A stretch of DNA of 64,000 bases, from assembly GCA_023213395.1 (NCBI GenBank), contig CM041465.1:184209741-184273740 (forward strand), given 5' to 3'. Under the pieces are notes generated by a model. The model was not told where the DNA came from. It ran no database searches and worked only from the letters and a program-made list of their open reading frames with translations. This document shows positions 13,287 to 27,207 of the stretch, piece after piece; position 1 is the first letter of the stretch, and every line of letters starts with the position of its first letter. Both the position numbers and the translations under genes were made by a program. This DNA is from Cycas panzhihuaensis. Its lineage: Eukaryota > Plantae > Cycadophyta.

Positions 13287-13566
13287 AAACTTCTCTGCAT
13301 TTTACGCTTCGGAACCTTCTGGAAAGGCTTCTTTAATGGTGTGTAAATTTCTCCCTGGGCACCCCGCTACGTTAAACAGTGGAATGCTCTCGTAAAAACC
13401 ACGTCAAATTTGGTGGGAAGAGGATTTGTTCGGCTAAATTTGGCTGCGCCCCACTCTGCGGATGCAAGTGAGCTGAATTTTGTAGTATTCTGCTCCGAAT
13501 TTGCACAGCAAACGTTTGGATTTGGTGGAATTTATCTGTAAAAATCGTAGTAAGGAAAGCTTCAGA

Positions 13567-13668
13567 ATGACGGAGAAGGGCGTGGAGAAAAAGGAGAACA
13601 AAGCCATTATCAAAAGCGCTGATATGAGCGAGGAAATGCAGAAAGAAGCCATTGAGTGCGCTGCTCAG
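13567..13668 (+). CDS. Dynein light chain LC8 (DLC1/DYNLL-type), exon 1
   Basis: MTEKGVEKKENKAIIKSADMSEEMQKEAIECAAQ (34 codons), then CAG|GTAT donor. Matches the LC8 N-terminus (AVIKnADMsEEMQ). Confidence 0.93.
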
Positions 13669-13750
13669 GTATATTTTCCCAAGTCATTCTAAACCTTGAA
13701 GAACAAATGGGAGATTTCGAGGCGATGTAAACCCTCTCTTGACTTTGCAG

Positions 13751-13856
13751 GCGTTGGAGAAACACACCGTGGAGAAGGATGTGGCAGCGTACATCAAAAA
13801 GGAATTTGACAAGAAATACACTCCCACGTGGCACTGCATCGTGGGTCGTAATTTCG
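13751..13856 (+). CDS. Dynein light chain LC8, exon 2
   Basis: After the 82-nt intron ending ttgcag: [35 protein letters not shown](G), the canonical LC8 signature. Phase-1 donor G|GTAGG at 13857. Confidence 0.95.
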
Positions 13857-16800
13857 GTAGGCTCAGTTTTAAAATTTAGCGGGCCTGTTTGGGAATGCTG
13901 TATTTCGGATTTTTTTTTTTTTCGGCATTGATTTTCTGGTGTGTTTTTTGTTTTGTTGTTTTCTTTAAATTTTCATCTGCAAAACTTAAGCCCGCTGTTG
14001 AATCCTTGTCTGTTTGCAACGGGATTTTTTTTTTAATAAATAAGCAGGGCATGGAAAAAATAGGTCAGTAATCAGTTCTGGTTAATAATTAATAGAAGAA
14101 TCCTACCAGAGTACTTGATCGACCAGAGAAGGTAAAGGTTTTGATCGAATCAACAAGTGGTGAAGTTGCAAGGGAGACTTGCCCCAGATATGTGGTAATG
14201 GTTGGATGCGGGTTTTTAAATGTGAAGGGCATAGCTTTGGGAAAGTTCGAGCGGTCAAACTTACCCTGTTATCACGATGCTTAGGTGTAGCAATTTCTTT
14301 TTCTTCAGATTGACTCCTCCTGACGTGCGAAGCCTTTCTTGGTGGTCCTAAATCTAGGTTTTGTCTCTAATGTTCACTGTCAGAATGTGAATTATTTTCA
14401 TTAAGTTGGCACCATCTATTCTGTTTATTATGACATCTATTATGCTGCTGTGGATTTCTGCCAACATTGCTTCCACCCCTGCCACATCGGTGACATGAAG
14501 ATTCACCTGCATCTCGCTCGAGCTGATTTGTTGATTTCCAAGACTGAAACCTCTTCCTCCCCCTCCCTTTGCAAATGATTGAGGTCGTGGCCTAGGAACC
14601 ACCTTGCCACAGCTCTTCCCCTATCCTGAAAAGGAGTAGGATAAGAAGAAGCTTTTCCTTTCACGGGAGCCTCAACTTTCACTTCACAGTGATATGTTTA
14701 TTTGATGGTACTTATGGTGACCAGCTCAAGTTCTTGCCGCAAGTGCTTATGCTGCCTTCTTGGCTACTTTGGTACCAATTTTTCCTTGCCCTCATCCACA
14801 TCAAGCTTACTTGGAAGATTGTGGAACTTATTAGTATACTCCCGCTTTTATTTTCTGCTCAGATTGCAACCATTACATACACATTTCTGTTGTAACGTTC
14901 ATTTCAAAACATACTTAAAAACTTTTCAACTGGTTATAGGTGGATTGCCTTGACATCTTTCTCTTATACAAAAGATCCTCACCAAAGCAAAGCAATTGCT
15001 GTGATCTTCACCTCTACAAAATTAATCGTTTTGTACATCATTCTAATTTTACACAGAAAAATACATGCTGTAGCTATGTACTGAGTTTTTTTTTTTTTGC
15101 ATCACCATTGTTTGCATCATGCTTATTGTTTTATTCTGCTGTGGATTTCTGCCAACATTTCTTCCTCTTCTTGATTTTTTTGCATTTGTTTTTTCATTTT
15201 TTGACTCCAGGGTTAGAAAATTTCTGCCTATTTTTTCGAATTTTGAGTTTCCTTGCCTTCCATTCTTGGGACTCTGCCCTCTTCCTCTTTGGGAAACTGA
15301 AGCATGTTAGTTGATGGCAGCATCTATTCTACAACTACTTGTTTTGTTGCCCTTGCAAGTGAGACCTCATTTAGTTTCTGCCTATTTCTTGGTATCTTGA
15401 CTGGGTCCAAAGTAACATTCTAATGCCTCTATGCGAGTGAATGTAGCGTTCCCACTTTGGTATTATATCTGGCCACCTTCTAGTACTATTCTGGCCGACT
15501 TCAATATTAGATTTAGTCTGGCCGACCTCAAGAGCTGTCTCTGGCCAGCTTCTATAATTGTTTTGGCCGACTTCTATAATTATCCTGGCAGACTTTTTAA
15601 GTAAGCTCCCTAGCTTCTTATTTATAGGGCTTTATGGCCTAGGTTTTGGAATTATTTGGAGAATCTTGGACTTGCTATAAGCTCGGCCTTTAGGGCAGCA
15701 TTTGGAGGATACCTCGCCTCGAAGAGGGAGCCAACAATTAAGTAGTACTTTTGTTTATATATTATTGGTAGCATTTTGCTTGAAATATTCAATCTCTTTG
15801 GCTCTTAAAAGCTGTATATATTACATTATTTATTTCATTATTTGCTTTACTACTTGTTTAATTGAATAAAACCCTAGAAAATAGATTTGTGTGTGTAGTT
15901 TCTCTATGTTAGAAGTGTGAATTCCCTCGGGAATTCCCACAAGTGGCATCAGAGCCTCTGTTTTGAGGCCTTCTTCAAGAGAAACACACCATAGATTAAG
16001 AGCCCAATAGAAGAAGATTAGGCTATCCTAGTAGGAAAGGGGGCCATTTTTTTTTTCCATGTAACAAAGTTGAGATTCAAGAAAAGACTTGCATTGGGCA
16101 AAATGATGAATCAACTATCAGTAACCATAGAGGATGTAAACCTCAAGGTAGATACCATGAGTGATGACATAACACACATAAGAAGGGCATGAAGGATCTT
16201 AGAGAAATGTTAAATGGAGCAATATAAGGATTCCTTAAAAGAAAAAAGTTGCTACAAGGAATTTATAGGGACATCTGGTGATGGGGAAAATGATCACTAG
16301 GCAAGGGATCAAGAAGAATGGTAAGATAGGGCAAGCCATGGGCTCATGGGTACCAAATTACTTTTGGAAAAATTCAGCCCAGAGAAGTTAAGAGACATTT
16401 GCAGTTGGGTAATCCAAATGGAGATCCATTTTCAGGCAAACGTTTTATCGAAGACGGACAAAATCCTTGTGGCATCTCTTCATTTATATGGGAAAGCCCT
16501 TAAATGGTTCCATTGGTGGAATAGAGTCTATGAGGGGACTGGACACTACAATAGGATTTGCTTGAAAACAAGCCTCATAGAACAATATAAGAACACATGG
16601 AATGCATACTATTTTGCCTAACTTATGCATCTCCAATAAACAAGATTAGTGCAGGTCTATACTGAGCAATTTCATACTTTATATAGCCTAGTCAATAAGA
16701 AGATTGGAAACAAACTACTCATAGAAGCATATATCGTTAGACTTAGAGGAAATATTAAATTTCGCTTAAAGACAATGGGAGTAGTAATTTTAAGTGATGT

Positions 16801-18746
16801 AATTCGCCATGCGAAAAACATGGAGGCCGAATATTGAGAAGCGAGACAAAGTTATGTTTGCCAAAATGACCCTCCTAGATATCAAGGTTAGAGTTTCGAA
16901 TGCAATTGCTACCCGTTTGATATAAAGGTGGAACCTCCCCCTTATAGAAGAAAAAGAAGAACGGACAACAAGAAGTAAAAATACTAAAGCAGAGCATCTT
17001 AAGAGAGGAACTTGTTTCAATTGTGGTGGAAAATGGAATTAAGACCACAAGTGTCCAGCCAAGAAGTTATTCGTGATCAACAACGAGGACATAGAGATCT
17101 CAGAAGAATTCGAAGAAGAACCATGGGTTGAAAGTGATGAACCAGAGATCAAAGAATTGCTTAATACAGATACGAAAAATGTGTAGATATCATTGCAAGG
17201 AATCACAGGCGAAGTCAACACCTCCCAAATGCTATGATTCCAAGGTATGATAAAAAACATGAAAATATCAATCTTGGTGGATAGTGAGTGCACTCATAAT
17301 TTCATAAATAAATCGATCGTAGAGAAATTAGGTCTACCAATTCAACCGCTCAACGTATTTTAGGCCATTATACCTAATGAAAAGATTATGCCATGTAGAG
17401 GATACTGCCCAAAGGTAAATCTACAAATAGCAAATGATTCCATTACTACATGCATGTTTGCCTTATTAATTGGAAGAGTGATGCAATCCTCAGAATCCAA
17501 TGGTTACAAAACCTTAGGAGCATTGTCACCAATTATAGAACCCGTTTCATGAGTTTTTTTCCCTAAAAGGGCATAGAAACAAGTTGCAGGCACCCCCAAC
17601 GTCACCAACTTAGTTAGTGACTTTACATCGTATGGAGAAATTATTGAAGAACCCCACCTCATATATGATAACATGCTACAAAATTGCAATTGAGGATGTC
17701 CCGGTAGAAGTATAGACCCTCATTGACCAATACAACAAGGTCTTCGAGGAACCACCCCAACGGTTACCCCCTAGCCATGGATGTGAACACCACATTGAGT
17801 TAATACTAGGAGTAACATTGGTAAACATTCAACCATATCGACACTCGTATCACTTCAAAAAAGAGATTGAACAGATTATGCAAGAGCTCTTGCAACAAGG
17901 GTACATTACCCTCAACGTTAGCCCCTTTGCATTGCATGTCATATTAATCTGGAAGAAAGATTGGTCATATCGTATGTGCATAGATTACTGAGGACTCAAC
18001 AAACTCACAATTAAGAATAGGTACCCTATTTCGCGAATAGATGACTTATTTGACGAATTGCACAAAGGCAAGTATTTTTCAAAGATTGATCTGTGTTTGG
18101 GGTGTTATCAAATGTGCATTAAGGCAAAAATGCATACAAAACAACTTTTTGCACCAAAGAAGGGTTATTTGAATTTTGTGTTATGCCATTTGGCTTAACC
18201 AATGCTTTAGTTGCATTCTAGAATACAATGGATAAGGTACTTAAAACCTTCTAATGCAAATTTGCGTTAGTTTTCTTCGACGATATTTTGATTTATAGCT
18301 CAACATGGGAAAAACACTTGATTTAGAGCACTTGAAGGTCATGATGCAAGTGTTAGAAGGCAACCAATTCTTTGCCAACAATAGCAGATGCACTTTTGGG
18401 CAAACAAAGTTAGAATATTTAGGGCACATTATCACATAAGAAGGTGTTAAGATGGACCTAAAAAAGGTCCAAGTTAACATGGAATTGCCCACCCCAAAAA
18501 ATGTAACAGGCGTAAGAAGTTTTTTAGGGGTCATTGGATTCCTACAATGATTTATTAAGGGATATGCCTAAATTGTAATACCCTTGACTGATCTAACCAA
18601 GAAGGATGCATTTACATGGAATCAACTAGTCGAAGAAGCATTCCAAGGATTAAAGACAATAATGTTTACAACATCAATACTCGCAGCCTCGGACTTTAAT
18701 CGCCCATTCATTTTAGAATGTGACTTTAACCTGGGAGTAGGATTAG

Positions 18747-20452
18747 TGTTACAGTGGTATTAATAACCACTTACCAACTAATGTAAAGTGGTGTAATATT
18801 GTACGAACATATTGATGCAATATTATATATGTGAGTCGACGAATGTAAATTTGAATATTATTATTTGAGGCACTTATGATCTATAAATATAGATCAAAGT
18901 CCATTGTAATGTTATACGATAGATTTGTGAAAATGTATTTCTATATTTTGTGGGGGAATTTCCCAAGCGGATTCCCATGTCAATTCTGCCTGTCCCGTGT
19001 GTTGATTCTATTTGAGTCTATTGTGTTCATATACGATTTTGTCATCCTATTTGCATATTGGTGTTTCCTAACATGGTATTAGAGTGACAAGAGGTATACA
19101 ATTAGGCATATGTTGGGCAAATCGTTCGATCGTTGGCTACTAGGTCATGTTGGCTCACCCTTTGAGGATTGGCTTATCCAACTATCAAAAGAACAACCAC
19201 GGTGGTCTAATGATTGCGTGCAGATCTTGGTGCTTGTTGTTTTGTGTTTTACAGGGATTCTATGGTCTTCAGAGGTGTGCAGACAAGTAGAAGGTGTTGT
19301 TTTGGTTTGTGCAAGTACTGGTACCTCTTGTTTTCGAATTTGCAACATTGGTTACTCAATTGCCATCCGTTGTTGCCCATTTTGAACATGTGAATGTGCC
19401 AGATTTGTTATTTGAAGATGCCATTGAGTTTGCAAATGGATGTGAAGCATAACCACTTGTGGTGAGCAGGTGTGAGCTCGCAACCAGTTTGTTGAGTCGT
19501 AAAAACATTTGTTGCAGTTGTTGGAACCTGAGATCAGAGTAAATAGGTATATATATCTGTGTTGCACATTTTTTGTGTGGAGAACAGATGTTGGCTTTGT
19601 GAGTTTGCTGCACACAGAAGGCACAATGTATATGTGCACCCATGGGTGATGTAGTTGGAGAAATCATTGAAGGATGCAGAGATCATTGTTGCAGGGTGAG
19701 GCACACAGTCTGCGGGATTTTGCAAGTTGCCTCAACAATACTTAAAGTGTAGATATATTTACGGCTATGCTGTAGCCGTTGAAATGTGGAGTATACACAT
19801 AAGGTATTTCATATATTTTTGATTGTCTGTTGAAATAATTCATTGTCGTCATTTTATTTTTTGATTAAAATCGCCTTTTATTGATTATATTTGGCAGTTG
19901 TATATTTGATGAAATCACTGTAATATATTTATCACTTGGTCGATAAATTTTGTTGCTGATTGAATTATTAAAGTCGCATGTCCCTCGATTTGATATATGA
20001 TGGTTGCATTGGTATATGGTATATGATGTTTGCTGAATAAAATTAATTGGCTATTTAATAACGTTCGCCATGTTTAATATATTTAGATGTACTGTTATTT
20101 GATATTTGATCGTCGTCGGTTGAATATTCTATTTAATGGAGTTTGTTTAATATTTCAAAGTTGCCTGTGAATTATATTTAATCTCTGGTTGCATTATATA
20201 TTTCAATGTTGCGTTGCCATTTGATATTTTATCAAGTCACCCATTGAAATATATTATTATTTCGAATCACCAATGTTTTTGCAATTTGATTGTCAGATAT
20301 TGGAATAGCCCTTTGCATGATTTGATTTATTACACTTTAATATATTGTGATGCCTTTTTTTTAAGACCATATTAAGATGAATCATTTGTTCTGGCCATTA
20401 CTTTATTAAGGCATTCCTCTAAGATCATTAGATATTGCATTTTATGAAAGTG

Positions 20453-20496
<44 letters not shown>

Positions 20497-22819
20497 GTGA
20501 TGTATTTTGGGGATTCATTGTTGGTGATATGTGACATGTATAGGGTGATGATTTAATGGCAGAGTGAGTGATATGATGGCAATATGAGACGATTGTATGC
20601 TCTTCTAGCATGTGTTTACATGAGAGAGTGTAATGCGTGAGTTATCAAGGCAGTGAATTATTACTAATTGATAAGAGGGCAAGATTGATGGGTGAAAGCA
20701 TAGTGGGTGTGATTGTTGGGCGAGTTAGCTATCAATGTCAGTGTATGTTAATTGATTGATAGAAGGGTGTGATGTATGGAGATACCGAGTTGCAAGGTGA
20801 AACAAACTTTGGTGTGGTTTTGATTATTGCACAATATTAATCAAGGTGTGATTTATTATAAAGTGGTGTTTTTTATTCAACTTATAATAGCGTTTTTACA
20901 TCAAATATGTGAGGTGATGTGGTTCAAAATTGCAGTTTTTTGGCTTGCTTATATAAGTGATTATCAATTTATGGTGGACCGTTATACTTTGGGTAGTTGA
21001 ACTAATGTTAGCATGGGGTTTATAGCTTGTTGGTTGTTGGCTCAATGTGTGTGCATATATGATCAAGTTTGATGTAGAATCGATAATGTGTTTGTGATAA
21101 AATTGAAAGGTTAATGGAAACGTGAGAAGCCTTAAAATCAGTTCTGCCTTTGTCATGGTATAAATGGGAGTTGGTTGCCCCTTGTACCCTAGTAAGTTTG
21201 TGTTGCATAGTACCATGATGTAGATGTGGAGGTGTTTGGTGCATTGTAAGAGTTTTTACCTCCCATGTTTTGTGGCAGAAGTTGATGCGACAACAATTTA
21301 ATGGGATCCCTTCAAAAGTTGTTTGTGGCATATCTCGTATGTTGTGTTGGACCTGTTAGAAACCTTCGATTATGTATTTGAAATGGATTCGAGTGCACGC
21401 ATCTTAGACGTAGATCACAGCAGAAGGATCACAAGAGTTTAAAGTCTATTTGTATGGGGTTTGAAACAAAGCTTACAAACTGTGTGATTTGTAGGAAGAT
21501 TGTAGTGTGATTAGTCTAGATGTTAATTTGAAAAGTTGTTGACGTATCATGCTAAAGTATCATCTGAATACAGGTTTTATCCTTCATTTTTTCCCTTTCT
21601 GAGACGTGGTTCAGCAGGTGTAGAAGTTTTGTGTACCTAACATTGTGTTTGAGATGGAAGCAGGACTTGGTGGGAGTGATGATGAGGAGCCTTTGCAAGA
21701 AGAAGCATGGATTGTAACCTTGTGTTCCATTATAGGCTAAGAGGACCATTGAGAACTCTAGTATAACGATTGAAGACCTAGAAGATGATTAAAGAACAAG
21801 GATCAACATGCTAGTCAAACTTGTGATAGATACCAATGTTCTAGCGAGAACAGATTCATAATGGAGAGCTGCAGGAGGAGTGATATATATGTGGAATTTG
21901 GTTCCTTTTTTCAAAGAACCTAGTCAGTTTGTAAGTTGAAAAACTTGTTGCATAGGATTTCATACAAGAAGAAGGAATTAGGTATGAGGTGACATTTGCA
22001 TCAGTCTCTATGTTGTTAATGGTCCGATTGATCCTTACTTTAGTAGCTACATATAGTTGGGAGTCATATAATGTCAACATTCTTTAATGGAGACTTGAAA
22101 AGGAGATTCACATGGCTCAAGTGTCTGAACCTCTTGGTTTAGTCAAAGAGCAGGTTAAGTTTTATGGACTAAGTATCAGTGCGAGAGAGAGAGAGTTATA
22201 TGGTTGCAGGGACTGTTGGAGTAACATCCCAAGTATTGTGCACATACGAGGCATAGCACCATTACATCCGAGAGCAGATTAGATCATGGAAGATGCAGGT
22301 TGAAGTTTTGTCTAAGTGAAGATCAATTTGTGGCCGTGTTCACTAAGCTTTTACTGAAGATGGCTACGTTAACGTTCTTGCATATTTGGGATTCATTGAG
22401 GTTATCCTTGAGGGTGGATCTATTGACAAGGATAAAGAGAGAGACAAATCCTTGGTAAGACTTCAAGACCCTACATTCACATTAAGAGGGGATGTTAGAG
22501 TGGTATTAATAACTACTTATCGACTAATGTAAAGTGGTGTAATATTGTATGAAAATATTGATGTAATATTATATATGTGAGTTGATGGATGTAAATCTGA
22601 ATATTATTATTCAAGGCACTTATGATCTATAAATATAGATCAAAGTCCATTGTGATGTTACATGATAGATTTGTGAAAATGTAATTCTATATTCTGTGGT
22701 GGGTTTTCTCGAATGGGTTCCCATGTCAAATCTGTCTGCCACGTGTGTTGATTTTATTTGAGTCTATTGTGTTCATAAACGATTTTGTCATCTTATTTGC
22801 ATATTGGTGTTTCCTAATA
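18747..22819 (+). mobile_element. Element B: non-autonomous Copia-derived LTR element (327-bp LTRs 18747-19073 and 22493-22819) inserted in the RNase H of A
   Basis: TSD attag on both sides; PBS-like tggtattagag at 19074; PPT attaagagggga. Interior mostly non-coding, with RT/RH relics at ~21900-22400 and (TA)n at 20456-20492. Confidence 0.92.
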
Positions 22820-23323
22820 ATTAGAAACTGTACTCCTTCAGGATGATTGCCTAATAGCATATGAAAGTCGCAAGCTAAATGTAAGGGAGTGATTAAAACC
22901 CATCTACGACAAGGAAATGCTAGCAATCATGCGTGCCATACACTGGTGGCGTCAATGTTAGAATGAGAGGATATAAGTTAATCTCACAACATAAAATCAC
23001 ATGCAATAAGCAAGAGATGATAATACGTCAACAAGACTAAACTCTCCAATATTCTCATTAAAAAAAATCTCAATGATACAAGTACATATTTATAAGTTTG
23101 TATCATAGCTAAACATAGGAGTTGGTTCAACGAACTCCCAACTTCCCTTTATTTTTGGTGTGCTCAAACTACCTCATTAATAGTTGAGCATCTTTGACTT
23201 CTAGAAGTTTGACTAGGAATCTCCTCTCACTAGAATATTCTAGTATAGAATATTCCATGTGAGAACTTATTCTAATGAACCTAAATGAACTTAAATGAAA
23301 TGAGAATGGAATGTGCATTATTT

Positions 23324-26300
23324 CTAACACCCTCCCATAATGATAAGTTCATTTTCTTTTACAAACATCAATGTTCTCAATCTTTCAAACTTTTCACGAC
23401 TCAAGGCTTTGGTAAGTAGGTGCGCAATTTGGTCACTCGAACTACAATAGACCAATTTGACCACTCCTTTCTCCACTTGTTCTCGAATGAAGTGATGATG
23501 AATTTCCACGTGTTTACTTCTTGCGTGGAAAAGCTGGATTCTTCGACGGTGGATTGCACCTTGATTGTCGCATAAAGTAATTGATGGGTTCATTTTGATT
23601 TAGTCCAAAATGGCTAAGAAGTCCTCTAAGCCAAATAGCTTCATGAAGTTGCGATTCTTCGCAGCTTTGTATTCAGCTTCAGTGGATGACAAGGAAACTG
23701 TTGCTTGTAACTTGCTGCTCCATGAGATCATTCCAGAATTGAGTTTGAATGAGTATCCTGATGTAGATCTTCTTGTGTCAGCATCTCCTGCCCAGTCTGA
23801 GTCGGTGAAGCCACGTAATACAAATTCAGAAGATTTCTGAAATTGGATACCAAACCGAATTGTTCCTTGAACGTATCTCAGAATGCGTTTTGCTGCTTTC
23901 CAATGTGATATCGAGGGAGCATTCATGTATCTTGATACAATACCAACAGCATAACTCAAATCAGGTCTAGTGTTAGTCAAATATATAAGACTACCCACTA
24001 GTTGCCTGTATAGAGTGTCATCAACTATTTTTGTATCGCTTTCTTTTACCAATTTGAGACCCACTTCCATTGGAGTCGAATTGGTTTCTGACTTTCCATA
24101 TGAAAGCGTTTCAACAAACTATAAGCATACTTTGACTGTGATACAAATATATGATCTTTGTTTTGCCAGATTTCCATTCCTAAGTAGAAATGCAATAAAC
24201 CAAGATCAGTCATATCAAAAGCTTTTGATAATTGCTTTTTGAGTATGTTGATCTTTTCAACACTAGATCCAGTCAAAATCAAGTCATCCACATACAATGC
24301 TACAATTAGGATATCATGATCCTGATCCAACACATATAAGCTATGATCAGATTCACATCTAGTGAATCCATGTGAAACGAAGTATTCATCAATACGTGAA
24401 TACCATGCTCTTGGTGCCTGTTTTAGCCCATAAAGAGCTTTCTTCAATTTGCAGACAAGTTGATTATTTTCACCTTTTTCAAATCCTTCTGGCTGCTTCA
24501 TGTATACTTCTTCATATAAAATGCCATTTAAGAAGGCATTTTTTACGTCCATCTGATGAAGTTCCCAACCGAACTGAGCTGCAAGAGAAATCAGCATCCT
24601 TATAGTAGTCATTTTTGCTACAGGTGCAAATGTTTCTTCATAATCAACTCCTTGTGTTTGAGAGTATCCTTTTGCAACAAGTCGAGCCTTGTATCTTTCT
24701 ATGGCACCATTAGATTGATACTTGACTCAATATACCCATCTGCAACCAATTACCTTTTTACCTGGAGGTAATTTGACAAGATCCCAAGTGTCATTCTTCA
24801 TAATAGAGTCATATTCTTCTTTCATGGCATTTTGCCAATGTGCTGCATCCTTGGCTTCATGAAAGTTTTGTGGCTCTTCAACACTTAAGAGATTTGCCAT
24901 TAAGGCAAGATTCGTCTTACTTCTTGTTTGAATTCCAGAATCTAGATTTACTTTTCCAGATTCTTGAATGGTTTGTAAATACCACTTGGGCAATTTTTTT
25001 GAAGAACTAGGAAAAGATGAGGAATCAGGAGTAGAAGAGGTGGAGACTACATCTTCACTACTACATTTTTCTTTCCCTTTGTGTTTTTGTTCTTCTTCTA
25101 TAGGTACAACTATTTGATCATCTTCTCTTGTTTCTTGAAACAATACATCTCTACTTATGACAATCTTCTTGTCAGTGAGATTCCAAAGCCTATAAGCTTT
25201 TGATGTCATGTTGTAACCTACTAGAATACATTTTGAACTTTTATCATCAAGTTTATGCCTTTTTTCTTTAGGCACATGAGCATAAGCAATACATCCAAAT
25301 ATTCTAAGATGTGCAACAGAAGGTTTCACATTAGTCCAAGCTTCTTCTGGAGTTATGTTTCTAACTGCCTTTGTTGGACTAATGTTTAACAAATATACAG
25401 CAATGTTAACTGCTTCTCCCCAAAGTCCTTTTGGAACATTGTTTGCCTTCATCATACATCGAGCCATTTCAAGAATGGTTCGATTCTTTCGCTCTGCAAC
25501 ACCATTCTGTTGTGGAGTATATGCCGCTTATGGTCGATGTTGTATCCCATGATCTTTGCAAAAGTTGATGAATTCAATGGACAAGTATTCACCTCCGCTG
25601 TCACTTCTCAAGATTTTTATCCTTTTATTGGATTTGTTTTCTACTTAAAAGCATCAGATTTATTCTTGATGAGGTAAACCCAACACCTTCTTGTAAGGTC
25701 ATCAATAAAGGTGATGAAGTATTGTGCTCCACCATATGAATGTGGCAAGATTGGTCCACATAAGTCAGAATGTACCAATTCTAACTTCTCTTTTGCTCTC
25801 CATCTTGATTTCTGGAATGGTTCTTTATCTTTGCTTCCCAAGCGCACAAGCTTCACATACCTTGTCAGTTTTCTTAATTGAGGGTAAATCACTTACCATA
25901 TTCAACCTATGCATGAGCTGAAGACTGGTATAGTTCAAATGATCAAATCGGTCATGCCATAAAGTGTTATCTGAATCTTTAGCTATGAGACTAAGCTCAA
26001 AGGTGCCAGAGAATTTATAAACTCCATTCTCATGCACACCTTGAGCTATTACAATATTATCCTTTTTCATCAAACACTTTGACTTATCAAACTCAACCCT
26101 AATGTCTTGTTGAGCTATGCAACTGACAGATAAAAGGTTGTGCTTGAAGGAAGGTACAAATAGCACGTTTGAAACCTTAAAGGTTCCATAGTTTGGTTGT
26201 TGAATACAAATGGTGCCACAACCAACTACCTGATGTTGACTGTTGTCTCCAAGTACAATGGGAGGAATATTGCCTTCCTTCAAGTCTTCAAACCAATCTT

Positions 26301-27207
26301 TTTGAAATGAAATATGCTTTGAAGCTCCAGAGTCCACATACCATTCACATGTATTATGACTTGTAGTATTGAATACAAAGACTTTGTCATTTTCTTTTGT
26401 TGACAAGGCATTTGTAGTTTTCTTCATGTCAGCCTTCTTCTTCCAACACTGCATTTCAAGATGTCCCTTTTTGTTGCAATATTTGCAAGGTACATCTTTT
26501 TTTGGTCTTTGAGTGTTGGAGTTGCTTGCTTGAGCTGGATGTTTTGTAACATAATTTGTGGGCTTTTTCTTAAATTTTGAAGCAAGTACCATTGAGCTAC
26601 TTCCTCCTTCATAAAAGCCCGTCCGTTGTTCCTCCTGCAATAGTAGACCACTCAATTCCTCAAATGTTAGAGGTTGAGGTCTACTTGTGAGACAAATACT
26701 TGTCACAAAAATATGAAAACCTGCATGCAAGCTATTCAAAGTAATACTGACAAATTCTCTATCTTGAATGTCTTCACCCACTGCAATAAGTTGTTCTTTG
26801 ATTTCTTTCAACTTTTGCAAGTGTGAAGTGATAGAGTCATTAATTATCATTTTACATGAATAGAGAAGATTTCTTAAATACAAGACTCTTGTTTCGTTTT
26901 TTGTTTCAAACATGTCCTTGAGAGTCTTCCAAGCCTCCGATGCAAGCGTTTTTCCTTGTAGGTGAGTGATTAGCTCATCCGCTACTGATAAATTAATGAT
27001 TGCCAATGCCTTTTGGTTTCTGTCGAGCCAAGCTGCCTCCTCGATCTCATCTCCTTTATCAGGTTTCTTATCCTTTTCTTCTACAACCTCATAGAGCCTT
27101 TGTAAGGCTAAAATATTGGAAATTTTAAATTTCCAAATTACATAATTTTTGCCATCGAGTTTTTGAGACTCTGGCAAAATATAACCTCCAATATTAATTG
27201 AAGTCAT
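23324..27207 (-). pseudogene. Copia C gag-pol polyprotein (Gag with CCHC, protease, integrase, RT, RNase H), fragmented
   Basis: ORFs 25825-27207 (CKYCNKKGHLEMQC, WYVDSGAS), 25641-25892 (LVHSDLCGP), 24727-25467, 24046-24612 (YVDDL), 23600-24070 (DSDWAG) and 23324-23593. Confidence 0.93.

Noticed and set aside
13501-13566. Upstream in-frame extension of LC8 exon 1 shown in the ORF track (MHSKRL...)
   Set aside because: It starts at TTG. The first ATG is 13567 and gives a normal LC8 length.
14354-15314. Short ORFs (82-124 aa) in the proximal intron
   Set aside because: Low-complexity Phe/Leu-rich translations of T-rich intron sequence, with no recognisable domain or exon structure.
15944-15955. 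tRNA-like sequences at PBS sites (also 28163, 33315, 53675, 58324)
   Set aside because: These are 12-16-nt primer-binding complements, not tRNA genes.
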